Below the pieces are notes generated by a model, which was not told where the DNA came from, ran no database searches, and worked only from the letters and a program-made list of their open reading frames with translations. From the human T2T-CHM13v2.0 reference genome, Homo sapiens: a stretch of DNA of 64,000 nt. Each line of letters starts with the position of its first letter. Within the stretch, counting starts at the first letter, position 1. The translations under genes and the position numbers were made by a program. The stretch lies in assembly GCF_009914755.1 (NCBI RefSeq), contig NC_060929.1; one strand, written 5' to 3'. Shown piece by piece: positions 1 through 34,239 of this stretch.

Positions 1-1832
1 AGGTAAGCTTTTATTCTAGTCTCACAGATGAGGCTCAGAGAAATACCTGCAAGGCTACACAGAAGAGGCAGGGGTGAGATTTGAACAAACCATGTCTTTA
101 AACTCTGATTCCAGGGTTTTCCACTCTGCTGAGGGTTTTCGCCATTCAGTTGCCCTTTGTTCCCTTCTTAGTTTCAATTTTCTTGGGAACTTTGTGATAG
201 TGAACTAAGTTTTTTGCTTAATAATACTTTTCCCAGTTTTTAAGGCAAACATAGACATATGTACATTAAAACTTTGACCAGCAGGCAGAAACACTTAATT
301 TTTACTGATTTGATATAAATATGTTGAGGGTCATTTCCATTTGACTCTTTTATAGTGAAGGAAACAGTTTCTTGAAAGTCCCTTAGCAGTAAGTTAAGGG
401 ATCTTAGTATCCAGGGATCTCATTAGGAATGCCTGCCCCATTCCATAGCTGTTTCTTACTGACTGTCCAAAGATCCACAGGTCTTGCAATGCCACAGTGA
501 AATTTTAGAGCTTGCACTAAGGAGGCAGCATCAGACACACCCGAGAAGCATCCTCTACTCAATTCCAGCCCAGTCATGTTACCCTGTAACTTTTAGAGCA
601 GCAATGATTCTGCTTTCTTGTAAGTAAGATAAAATAATGGTTGAAATCAACCAAGTGAATAAAGAATTGACAGAAAACTCCACAACCAATATCACAAGGA
701 AAAATTAGTCATAAAGAATTTCAGAGTTGGGTTTTTTTTTCCCTTCCATTTTTAACAACCTCATCTTTCATCTCTGCAGAAGGCCAGCTTCTTTGCCACT
801 GAGCAGCCCACACCATGGTCTTGCTGGAGACAAGCACTTGTATGATTTCAGTATGTGGTAGAGGTTTAGTAATTAAATGCAGGACACAATTCCAAGCAAG
901 GGCAAATGAGGGGCTTGGCCACTCATCAGGTGAGATGACAAATGGCTGGCCCTTGTCCATCAGCGTTGCTGTAATTACAACATGTTAACAGAGCTGCTGC
1001 CAGTACATAGCCTTGTATATGTCCCTAGGCTGATATTGTACATATCAGCCTAGAACATGAGTTTTTATTTTTAGCAGAAGGGAATTAGTTCAAAACATAC
1101 CATTTCCCAGCAATAATTATTTGTTTTATTGTTTAGCAACCTCCTCAAATCGTAATAGCTTAAATATTTACCAGGGGCTTTGGGGCAGCTCCCATCTTTT
1201 CCCAGATTTTGTATTAAACGTATTCCGGGAATATGGGTCAGAGTCCTCACTCATCAGGTTATTCCACGGTCAACCACACTCCTGGGTTAGCTACATCCTC
1301 TGTTCCTTCCCCCCTTTTCTTTTCCTTCCACCTCAGGAAAGACACAAAATTACCCTCTGTTTGGCTCTCTCTAGACACCACAGTTAATATTTTGATGGTA
1401 AAGTCTGAGATCAATTGATGAAAGGATCTCTCTACTTCAACACACAGTTTTGTAATAAAATACCATGAAAAACACTCCCTTAAGAGTTGGGGTAGAGTGC
1501 AGCTTTTTTTAAAGCATGGATGCCAGTCTTGCCTGAGTAAGACTTGCAACAGTAACAGATCCCTCCTCAAAGGGTTATGAATGGCATCAATGGAATAAAG
1601 TTATTTTGCATAAATGGTAAAGTACTTCACAGATGCAAGGTTATTTTGGGAAAGTCTATACCTTCTCCCTTTTATGTGAGAAATTTAAGGGCATGCTGGC
1701 TGTTAAAGTTCAGCTTTTAGCTTAGATATATTTGATATGTAAAGGAACTCTCTTTCCAAGATAATAGGGTTACCATGAAAAGCTGAACTTCTGGCACACA
1801 GGTGTGAATACCACTGCTTATTAAAGAAATTA

Positions 1833-2138
1833 CAGTTGTCCCTTGGTATCTGTGGAGGATTAATTCCTGCAGATACCAAAATCTGAGGATACTCAAGTCC
1901 GTTATATAAAATGGCATATAACCTATGTACATTCTCTCATACACTTTAAATTATTTACAGATTACTTATAATAACTAATATAATATAAATGCTGTGTAAA
2001 TAGTTGTTATACTGTATTGTTTTTATTTGTATTATTTTAATTGCTGCATTATTTTTATTTTATTTTCTATTCACATATTTTCCATCTGTGGCTGGTTGAA
2101 TCTGCAGATGCGAAATCTGAGGTTAGGAGAGCCAACTG
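1833..2138. mobile_element. MER2 (TcMar-Tigger) DNA transposon
   Basis: TA|CAGTTGTCC ... GCCAACTG|TA terminal inverted repeats with TA target duplication. Confidence 0.8.
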
Positions 2139-3205
2139 TATAAGGAACAGGTGTGTTTCCACTTTGCAGGGACACTTCAGTAACTGCCACTCTCTGCTTG
2201 ATCAACAGTAGTTCCGACTGCACTGAAAGGAATGTCCGCCTCTTGTACACACGAGCAAGTTAACCTGTGGCAAGATCTCACAGATTAAGTCACGTGGAGA
2301 TAACACACAGGCTCAACGGGTTAGACGCACGGCAGAGCACCTGGATAAGCCAGATAATTTGTGCAACATATTCTTATCAGCAGCCTTCTCTAGCTCATCT
2401 GTGGCTTACTTTCAATTCCCCTGGAACCTGCTTTTGTATGGAGTGTATTTCTATTCCACCTCACTATTGTTAGAAAGAGACCAAATGTTTCAGTCAAGGA
2501 GAAAGGTAAGGCAGTAATAAGGAACATTCCAAAATATTATACACCAATAGATAATCCTACCCCAAAATGTCTTATTCCTTAGAAAAGTTAGGTTTAATAC
2601 CAAGACTTCTATATCCATGCAAAGCCCACCTTGGGATTCTCTTTCTTGTAGTTGCAGGTCTTTTTGCAGTGAATGAGAACCTTGAACTTTTATACTAGGT
2701 GAGACAGTTTAAGAGCGCCCTAATGCTAAAAACATCTGTTCATCAGCCCACTCACCTCATGCAACAGCTCTCCAGAGGGGCCTGTGCCAGCCTAGAGCAG
2801 TCCACACAGTCGTGTCTTGGTGAGGTCAAATATGACTGAGTAAAAAACAAGAGGCAGCCAAGGGTAAAAGGCATGAACCAATAGTGCACTAATGAGTGAT
2901 TTTATAGTGGATGTCAGCTGAGGTTGTTCTGGTACAGGTCTTATCTACTAGTCTTCCTTACACTCCCGGAAAGGGAGTGTGTGTGGGTTTGAGACAGAAG
3001 AAGGTGTGAAATAGATCAGACGGTAATTTACTCACGGTCCTATTTCATGGATTTCCACTTTCTCTTCACTGTTGTGACAATCCAGAATCTATTATAGCTA
3101 ACATTTTCTCCACTTCAGACTGGTATGTTTTATAGCTTGCCTCTAATGTCAACTCAAAGCAGGTAGAATAAACCGATGGTACCACATGATATTCTGCCAC
3201 TCCAG

Positions 3206-3237
3206 TTTATTGAAATGAGTAAATTTATAGCTTTATT
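3206..3237 (-). terminator. Distal polyadenylation signals (two AATAAA)
   Basis: Plus-strand tttatt at 3206-3211 and 3232-3237; minus-strand TGTA elements just upstream. Confidence 0.75.
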
Positions 3238-4563
3238 TGCATACAGAAAAGTGCATGAGAAAATAAGTATGTACAAAACAGTTGTGTGGCTGATCATGAC
3301 TTTCAAAAATTCAACTACCTAGAAATAGTTACCTCCAGTTTAGCACATTTAGGTATTTGGACATTTAAAGTACTATTTCAAGTCTGTGTTTATAGTGACT
3401 GAGTAGGAAGCTGATAGAAAATTATGCCATATATGATCAACTATTACCATTAAACATAAAACCACAGGACTTTCTACTTGGGGCTAATCAATAGAGGGTC
3501 ATGTGGCCCCTGTCTTGTTTAGCTTCTGAGCATCACCCTCTTCTTCCCCCTCAAGGTAACATTGGATGTGGCTGATTAACTCCCACAAGAACCTGAGCAT
3601 TAAGGGTCAAGAGACAACATTAAAAACCCAACATAAACAAAACAAAACAAAACTTATTTTGACAATAATAAACCCTTCAGAACTGTGCTCACAACAGGAC
3701 TGAAAATGAACTGGGAACGTTTCCAAGTTGTGAGGAGAAAAATATTGCAGACATTAGATTTTCAATGGTAACCCCAAACATTTGTTCTACAGCTTTTTCT
3801 CCCCTCTTATCTTCCTACTAACGACATTGAGATTGTGGCTGCAAGAAAAGTTTTCCAGTTACTTGATAAAGGCCTAGCATGACCCCAAATAAGCACCTAA
3901 TGTGTTTGGCACAATCACATTTAGCTTTGTGATATGTTGCTCTTCAAAATAGAGTCCTTTGTTGCTGAGTTGAGTTCAATTTCTCTTGAACATTAACTGC
4001 TCTTCTGGAACTTCAGCTCAAGAGAGTGGCCTCCTCTTCCACAGGAAGGATATAGGTTGTGCCCATTTGCAATTCTAGTTCTTGGGACTAGCAATTACTG
4101 AGAATGAAGAGAGGCTCCAGATCTGTCTGTGAATCATTAGATTTTTTTTTTTTTTGCCCTGTGAGAGTCTGTTGCTTGTGAAAGGGTGGTAATACTACTT
4201 GAACCCAGGAGCAAAACTGACTGAAAAAAGAATCAGAAAAAAAAGGGGAGGAGAGATGAATAATGTTCTTCCCTCATTTGCAATAGCTAGCAAGAAATGG
4301 GAGAAAAGGACAATCTTGGCCTTGGGAGAAATTGATCTTCAGAAAGAAGAGAAGCTATCTCTTTAAAAAGGTCCTTAAGTGGTTAGATTCCAAAGTGTCT
4401 AAGGAGAAGTTGTAGTTGCTTCAATTTTACTTTAGAAATTCTCTGTAACTGATGGTCTGAAGCAAGATTTCTTTTAAGAAGGTGCCTTGTTCTACTATAA
4501 CCTTTAGGTTTTATGCTCTGAAACAGAACCCCCAAACAACTCTGAACAATAAGGATTTGAAAA

Positions 4564-4569
4564 TTTATT
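4564..4569 (-). terminator. Proximal polyadenylation signal AATAAA
   Basis: AATAAA followed ~20 nt later by GU-rich GTTGTTTGGGGGTTCTGTTTC on the minus strand. Confidence 0.6.
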
Positions 4570-6530
4570 CAAAACAGTATGATATGAAGGGATGTGGTGG
4601 CTGCATCTCCCAACCAGAGGGTAGAAGGCAGGTGTTCTAGAAGGTTCCAGGGACACAAGAGGCAGGGTTCAGTAGGGAAACTACTGTACTTCATTTACAC
4701 TTAAGCTAGAGAGTTTAGGATCTTAATTTATTTAAAGCCATAGATTCAGTTTAGCTTTAACCTAGACAGAAAGTGAAAAGCATTTTACAAGTAGAAGAGG
4801 CAATGAGAAATAAGGCAACAGATAATACGTCAAAGCTGGAACAAGGGCAGAAATCAGAACGTGTCTGGCTATCAGCTTTGTTTTTGACTACTAAGGCCAA
4901 CCTTTTTATTCCTCTGGATGGTCTGCAGACCAAGTTCCTAGAGAGGTATGGAGAAGAAAGAAACTTGTGGTTAGAATTTTTGAACTGAATATCAATGTAT
5001 TAAATATCAAGTCATTATTAAAGATGTCAGTAATAGTATCTCCTAGGGCTGATGTGAGGATTGATGAAGATGATAAATGTAGAGCATCTAATAAAATGAT
5101 TAGCGCAAGTGCTCAACAATGTTAGTTATTTTATCCCATGAGAGTTCCCCTTACCCAATCTATTGATGTAGCAGGTTGACCTAAACTATCCTTCCTTCAT
5201 GACCTAAAGAAGGAAGGACCTCCAAAGAGAAGTCTAGTTCATTCAATTTAGTCCATACAATCCATCTTGACTCTGAGTGTAGTTTACTCCTTCTATTGGT
5301 TTGGGTATATCTCCCCTTGAATGGAAGGTGAGAATGATCTCTGGTAAGACTTCTAGCTCTTAAATATCTACTTACTGCTTTATTACCTTTAGAATCACCT
5401 GCACTCTTGTTAAAAGGAAGCATTTCCTTGGCACCAAAGAGAAATTCCTTAGGGCTGCAGTAGGACCCAGGAATTTGCATTTTTAATGATTTACCCAGTT
5501 CTCTGAAGCAGTTTATGGAAAGGTACTACAGGAAACACAGTCATTGTAGAACTGGAGTTGAGGGAAAATGATCCAGATGCCTATAAGCTCAATCTTATTG
5601 TTTTCGCCACGTTTAAGATATCTATCTATTAAAAATAATTACATTCTAGATGAGCCAAATCACAGTTTAGTAGTCCTGTTTGGATGAGACAAGATTGGAA
5701 AAAAAATGGGCTTGGTTTTTGTTGTTGTTGTTGTTGTTTTTCATTATTTCTATTGTTCTACCCCTACCAGCTGGCCTACCTGCTCTAAAATGGGGAGAGC
5801 GTTCCTTTCCCTACTAAATTCAGTCTTTTGAGATCAGAATAAAGTTGCTGTCACCTTCTGTAGAGAAAGAGTTACACTGAGCCCTCCCAGGATTTCAGCT
5901 GAGGGTGATTCTACCTAATCACTTATCTAAGATAAAGTTCATGAGACAGAAGAATCAACCTTCAGACTCATTTTGAGCTCCTACTGCCTATGAAGGAGAT
6001 CTTTAATAGTTGTTAAAACTTTCAGATTTAATACCATCAGACTCTTTCAGACTAACTTTGAGATTGCTCACAGTTAAATGGTAGAGAAGTAATGATCATA
6101 ATCTGTTTTGCTGACTTGGTGGCTTCAGAAAGTCAATGGAATCTGAACCCTTTATAGGAAACCAAATTATTACTAGGTTGTTTTGCAACCACTTCAATAT
6201 GAAAGTAAAAAGGTTAGAAACCTGTGATGTGTTGTTTTGAGTTTTACTTCCCACACAGAACTGAAAAACCAAGAACATGGAATAAGATAAAAATCCACAT
6301 CCCCAAGGGTATATTACTATTTTTTGATGTGTTTAGGAATTCTATTCTTAAGTGCCCAGCCTAGTCATTATTGAATGATCTCAGTAGAGATTTTCCTGTC
6401 GATTACTCCTAAATTATAGATATTTACCCTCTTCCCAATTCTAAAATTAAAATTTCACTCTTTATTCCATGTCACCCTTTCTCACAAAAACCCCTGAGAC
6501 AGGCTTATTAGGATCTTCTACTTACAGAAT

Positions 6531-25834
<19,304 letters not shown>

Positions 25835-27382
25835 GGCAAGAAGGCAGGCAGCAAACCTCAGTACCAGTGGACACTTGGTGACACCAGGCGATCCCGATGG
25901 AGAAGTCTCAAATAAACATAACCTCCCACAGACACCTGTAGGCAGAGTTTAGAGGCATATTGAGATCAGAACACAGCAGACCCAGACTTTATGCCAGAAT
26001 AGGCTTACAACTAGTGACTTTCTTTTGTAGTTCTTTGGACTCATTTTGTTCCTTCTCCTGCTGTATTAGACTGAAGACTGAAAGCAGGGGAGTGGGTAGG
26101 AGTGTTTCCTTTGTAGTTTCCAAAATGGAACATGTGTGCCTATTAGTTTTTTCTTTAAGCACTTGATATCTGGTAACATTTAATGATTATCTAGCTAAGC
26201 AGTTTTTATTAGAACTTTCACATAAAAAGCAAGTATTAAAGATAGGGATCGAAAACTTGCTAGGCAAAACAGAAATAAATTGAATGTTAAGCCTGGTAAG
26301 ACTGCAAATGCCATTTGAGATTGGGCATTATAAATTTCAGTTCTTCGGAAAATTGCTTAACTATAAAGGCAGTGACTAGAGTAGAGTTATGAACTGTATC
26401 TTATTCACATTGATAAATTTGTTTTAAGTATTAGGATTCTGCATATGATCCCCAGGGTTATCCAAGCACTATAAAACACATCCTTTTTTGCCATTAACAC
26501 TTATTTGTATCAGGGAAATAATGGATTGAGGGGGTTCCAATTGTGCAATTAATCTAGTACATTTTTATGCTATTATTCAGCATCACCATACTCCAAACAG
26601 TCTGTCATGTGCTCTCACAACCTCTGCCCTACCCACAATGTATCATAGTAGGAGAAACAGGAAAATGCAGTCATTGTAACCACGCAGAAGTGAGCTAACT
26701 TTCCAAAAGGTTCTCTCACTTCCCAGGAGCCAATGTTTCTATATAGCTGTAGAGAGAGCTAGGGCGAGTAGATTAACTTTCTACATTGACTGATGACCAA
26801 AGGCAAAGAAAAGCTATTCATTGTTTTGTAATCGTGTTAAGACAACCTGTGGGCTGGCACACTAACCCCTCCACAACCCTGCCTTCAACAAAAGCCCTCT
26901 TCATTCCGTGCCTATACCACCCATTTAAGTGAACATTTTAACTGAAGGACCAAGCCCACCACATGGGAATAACTGTCGTTTGTTAGATACTTAAAGAATA
27001 TCTAAATAAAAAGTAAGTCTCAAGTTTTTACTCAATTTAAATTGCACTTAGCTTGTTTACAGATGTCAACATGTTTTCATAGGGGTCAGTACTTAATTTC
27101 TCCCACTGTGAGTTTTAAAAGTCTTTATAATCTGAACAGTCTTTAAATACATACATTCATGCAATCTATGTATGAGTAATGTTATCTGAATTGCTTCATT
27201 TGGAGATTTAGTAGTTAATTTTGCTCAAAGACACCTGGCTGGTTGGCAACCAGGGAGACAGTCTGTTTACAGATGAAAGTCTTACACAGTAGGAGACTCA
27301 AAGCCATTCTTAACTCAGGACTTAGGTGGGAACCAGGCACTATTAACCTTTTAATTGTATAACTTTAAAAGATTCATAGTAG

Positions 27383-28185
<803 letters not shown>

Positions 28186-28559
28186 TGAAGTCTAGGGGTG
28201 GTTAATGTAGCCCAAAGACAGTAACCGTTTTCCAGAAATGAATGTGATGCCTATGGGGTCTTTGCAGCTTCCCAGTTTGGGGAGAGGGTGAGAACATCTT
28301 TCTCTGAATGAAAGACAGTTGCACCTTTTTAGATGGAAACACTTGTGTGGCTGTCGGAGGAAAAGTTGAAAGGTGTGGAAGGGTGTATGTGGATGCTGAG
28401 TAGCTGGAGGGGTGATCTGTGCCATTTAAGTTGTCTCAGCTTCAGAACCACCTCTATCTCCGGTTAGTGAAGCCAGAGCTAGACTGTGCAAACATTCCTG
28501 CTTTGCCTGCTGGCTGCATGTTGGCTCTGCCAGTAAGGTGCGCAGGAGGGAAACTGCCA

Positions 28560-29180
28560 AGCTGGTGAAGGGACTCGGACATGTCTGCTTGCTCCACATG
28601 GACTTCCTTATGACTTGAGACTCCTGGGAGTGTGACTCTAGTAGAACTTCTTCACTCCAGCAGCAAGAGTTTCTTCCTAAAACAGCCCCTGAATCCAGTT
28701 TTAACACTTGCAGAACTAGTCTCATCATGCCTGTCCTGGAGACATCAGCATCAGCCCTCTGGCATACTCTCTCCAGGCCAACAGGTCCCAGGCCCTCAGA
28801 GCACAGGGACTCCAGTACTAGCTAAGCAGTACTCCCTTCTCAGAGGCCTCAGTATCAGCACCATGAGACCCCCTCCTGCAAGCTTTATAAACTTTGATGG
28901 TTCCAATGTCTTAACTTTGTCCCCTCAGCCCTAGAGGTGGTAGCTGCTTTCTGTAGTTTACTTACCCAGTGATGACTTGATCTTCTCTTCTTACTCTCTC
29001 AGTTTTCTAGCTAACAACTTATACCTAGTTAACACTTAATATCTGCGGCCATACAACCATGAACAAGCCTGATTTTGGAAGCTAAGCAGGGTCAGGCCTG
29101 GTTAGTATTCGAGTGGGAATTAATGCTTAACATTAAAATCTTTTAAAATAACTGGTGTGGACTGAACTCCAACTGACACA
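28560..29180 (+). mobile_element. Old ERVL-type LTR (LTR33-like), interrupted by the 5S pseudogene; left boundary uncertain
   Basis: GAGGTGGTAGCTGCTT...ATTAAA...AAAATAACTGGTGTGG...ACTGACACA 3' end resembles my recall of the LTR33 family. Confidence 0.5.
29041..29118 (+). pseudogene. 5S rRNA pseudogene (3'-truncated, internal ~10-nt deletion)
   Basis: ATCTGCGGCCATACAACCATGAAC...GGAAGCTAAGCAGGGTCAGGCCTGGTTAGTA resembles 5S rRNA GTCTACGGCCATACCACCCTGAAC...GGAAGCTAAGCAGGGTCGGGCCTGGTTAGTA; degenerate TSD. Confidence 0.92.
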
Positions 29181-31730
29181 ATGGTAAGGCTAATCTGTTT
29201 TGATTTTCCAGATCAAAAAACTATTCTTTAAGGGTACCCTAAATGTGGCAGATTCAAGTGTTTCACTTGAATATTAATCCTTATATGCTTTTAAAAACCA
29301 TATTATTTTGGCTTTCAAGGCTATATTTATATACTTCGATATCTACTTTTAACTTTCTAGGCCCAGAACAAGAACTGCAACAATATATTCCAAAACAGAA
29401 TACATTCTATTTTCTTCATGGGAGGCAATTGAAGTGTGTGTGACTATACCTTCAGATCTGTCTTGCTTAGGTCAGTATTATGTTGAGTTCATCAATGCAT
29501 GTGTTGATAGCAGCAGCAAGATGGCCCAGAACTGGGTTAGAATCACTGGCTGAAAAAGTGACCTGGGCTTAAGAGTCTGTTGCCCATCTTTGAAGCCGGA
29601 TATCATACTTCACTGCAAGGTATTATTTCTGACATGAAAAGACTTAGCTCATTAAATTTGGCAATTTGTATTCTTACATGAGACTATTTTAAAAGAATTT
29701 GAGAAGTGCCACAAAGCACTTTGAGGGGTTTTGGGGGAGGGAACGGTGGCATCTGGGTTTAGTCATAAAAGTAACACAAGACGTAGCTCAAGACCAGGTA
29801 TCGAATCTAGCGTTGGCAGACTGGGCCAAATGGAAGGATTCTAAGGTGAGTGGCATTACCTTGCTGTAAGTTTTTATAGCAAAAATTTCTCTGTTCAGAT
29901 ATTTAAATACAGCTTTTCATAGCATTGGAATTGCTTTAAAGGTAATTGATTTCCTTTGACTATATCCTTTCGCCATTTGGGTATGAGCAATTCCAAGGGA
30001 CAAGGAAGAAAAAAATAAGGAGGAAAAGTTTCTGTAATATAAATTCCCTGAAGAAAATGGATGTGTATGTTGAGTTGCAATAGCCAAGGGTAAGTCTCCA
30101 TTGTAGGCCATACAATTGAAAATATATCTATCTCTACTTCCTGAAATGATCAGAAGGTAGACTCTGCTTACAGGCCCCAAGACTACAAACCCCTTTACAA
30201 AAAAAATGTTCAAGACTTATTGCAAGATTTTAACAAAAGTGTACATCCAGTTATGCATACACCAGAGTGATAATTCACATTTCTCCCAAGGTTTAAAGAG
30301 CACGTCCCCATCATAGACTTGTCAAATAGGCAAGTTATCATTTAACATGCAGTGGGTAGAAGGCAGCTCACTTACAGACTTAGATCCATCTGTAGAGAAT
30401 AATTGGTTTAAACTTAATAGTCAATATTCAAATGTAATGCATTTGAATATTGTCACTTGCATCCATAAAACTTTTAGCAGGGTTTTTAATGAGTTGAATT
30501 TAAAAAAGGGATTGGGCCTAGAAAAGGGATCTGAGGACCAAAAGTCCCCTAGTTAATTCCTTTGATTACCTTTCCAAACTGGGGCTCTGTTGAAGAAAGT
30601 GTCTAGCTTATGTTAAGCAATGGGGTCTGTTTGAAAGCTCTAGGATGGTAAAAATTTCTTACAAAGGGAAGCAAGTGAGTGCAGCACAAGGAGGAAGTAT
30701 ACAATTTTCTCACTCGTTGGGTGTAGTCTCAGGTCCCTTCAGTTCAAAAAGTGCAAAATTAGTCAGGAAATACACCCAAGGGGTGTTATCACAAGGCAAG
30801 GATTACAAATGAAAGCTCAAAAACATATAAAAAGGCTCACAAGCACAGTTCCCCATCTAAAAATAGCTAGTTTGTTATCCTGGTTCTCAGGGACTGGCTG
30901 TTTCCTTCATTAGAAGATTGAAAAGAGAAGTAAGATGACACATGTAAAAACAAAGGAAGATCTAAAGTTATCTTATAGTCCTGACTCCTTTTTAAGGCCT
31001 CAGATAGAACAGAAAGCTGTAAAGGAAACTCTGCTATATGAATAAAATTAGCTTCCATTTAAGTGAAGATCTCTAACTTGGATTTTGGACTTAATGCAAA
31101 TCTCCCTGAAAGAATGCAGAGACTTCCCCCTTCTGTGGGACTAGCATCAGATGACTGCAAGAGATTCTGGAGCTTGCAACATCTCTCCTGGTTTCTGAGA
31201 AGGCTCTGAGAAATTTATTCTGGAAGACTGCATGAGTCATCTTAGAATGACTATGGGCTTTGCAATAATAAAAATCAGCTGTTGCTTAGTCCTTAGTGAT
31301 TCATATAAAATGTCTAGTGTTTTGAATCCTTCAATTGCCAGCATGGTGGACAATGATTAGTCTAGGCTTTATAGGGGTAAAGTTGGTTGGCACTTCTTAT
31401 ATATCCTTATCCTTTCTACCAGTAGGAATGTGTTGGCATCAGCAATGGTACTACTTAATGATTCCAAGGTTTTGAAGCAATATCATAATACAAGTGTCAA
31501 CCATCCTCCCCTGTGACTCCCAAGCCTACCTTCTTACCCTAATTATACAGAGCAGGCAGGAAAAGTGCTTTGCCAGTCTCAAAATGCTGGTAAAAGGAAT
31601 AACTTGAGTTAAGGACTTAGTGGTAGCCCCATTCAACAGATGGTAGGGAATTTATTTTTAACATTAAGGGGAATGGGACAAACACCTAGTATACCAACCA
31701 CTAAGAACACTTATTCTGAAAGGCCTATGA

Positions 31731-32045
<315 letters not shown>

Positions 32046-33184
32046 GAATGTGTCTCTATTTTATGAATAATGAAATGGACACAGCAACAGAAAATCAATC
32101 CGCCATAAGCCATTGGGCTCAAAGTGAGCATAGTCTGTGTTTTCTCTTCTCTTATATATACTGTCTCTCTTGTCTTTTCTTGAATCCCACTGATTTTAAC
32201 CTGGATTTTATAAGCTACTTTCAAAAAGTCATCATCCCACTGACATTAACACACCATTAATTTTTAGCAAGAAGCCACATATAATAGACACAGGGAAAGG
32301 AATTAAGGAGACTCAAGAAGAAAGCAACATAAACATATTTGTTTAGAATGTCCAGTACTTTGTACTGGACAGAGAATGTGCTTCCTTGTTTCTTTGAACT
32401 TTCTGCCTGCCTCAGCTAAAGTGCGGAATTAGGACAACATGTGAAATATTAACCTCTAAGACAGACCTCGGGGTCCAAGAGGGCAGCAAACAGCCTTCAC
32501 TGCTATCTTCAAAGTAGCTCTTTAAGAATAGGGGTCATTACCAGCGATGCTGTAGCAAAGTTAGACTGCTTCTGATACTTTATGCAAATCCTTCCTTTAA
32601 CTGCTTGTTTGGATTCTTATGCTTTTAGGAAGGCTCTTCTGCTCTGCAAAGACCAAACTGAGCAGACAGTAAGATTTTTACAGCCTGTTTCACTGAGGAA
32701 TGAGACTATGCTAATGCATACTGAAAAGGAGTCCTTAGAAGATTTTCTTGTAAATGCTGACACTACTGTAGGGGCCTCACTAACAAAACAAGCCCTAGTC
32801 AATGAGCTATCCACAAGTTATGCATTTACAGCGAGGAGGTATCATTGCCTTTAATCTTTGAAAATGATATGGCAGGACTTAGAGGACTTAGTAAATCTTG
32901 AACCAAGATGCTTTCCCTGTTTTTGGAACCAAGTCAGACCAGAGTTAAGATTCTATCAAACAGTTAACTTTGGGTAGAGGTGGGATAGCATAGCAGCTAA
33001 TAGCTCAGGCTTGTGAGTCCCACCCACCCAGGATTCATCATTTCCTGGCTCTGTGGCTTGAGACAATTTATCTAATGTTCATTTCTTCATTGGTAAAATG
33101 AGAATATAGTTTGCTGAGCTATTAGAAAAAAAATCAGTAAGAACTTACATAGCGACAGCTGCACCTGGCTTAGAAAGTGCTTAA

Positions 33185-33773
<589 letters not shown>

Positions 33774-33935
33774 GTAGCTACTATTAAACCAAAGCTAGGT
33801 CACAGAAGCTATGTGTTGTGTAGTCTTGTGCTCTTTCCAACATTGCATTTCCACAGTAAGTGTTTAAACACTTTTAGAACAGTAAGAACCTATGCTCAAA
33901 TGACTAATAAGTGGAAAGGTGGAATGGTGTAATAC

Positions 33936-34239
33936 TTTATTTATTTATTTATTCTGAGACAGAGTTTTGCTCTTGTTGCCCAGGCTGGAGTGCAGTGGTG
34001 CAATCTCAGCTCACTAAAACCTCCACCTCCTGGGTTCAAGTGATTCTCCTGCCTCACCCTCCCAAACAGCTGAGATTACAGGCATCAGCCACCACACCTG
34101 GCCAATTTTTTGTATTTTTAGTAGAGACAGGGTTTCACCATGTTGTCCAGGCTGATCTTGAACTCCTGACCTCAGGTGATCCATCTGCCTTGGCCTCTCA
34201 AAATGTTGTAATTACAGGCTTGACCCACTGCACCCAGCC
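33936..34239 (-). mobile_element. Alu (S-type)
   Basis: Reverse Alu consensus. Confidence 0.93.

Larger units (their letters stand above)
3190..4937 (-). other. DAB2: DAB2 exon 15 (3'UTR only); 3' end approximate
   Basis: Pyrimidine tract + CTCTAG| acceptor at 4938; distal AATAAA hexamers at 3232-3237 and 3206-3211. Confidence 0.85.

Noticed and set aside
3030-3040. Consensus GTGAGT donor ~150 nt past the distal poly(A) site, possibly for read-through toward C9
   Set aside because: Single motif with no support in the window; C9 lies outside it, from recall only.
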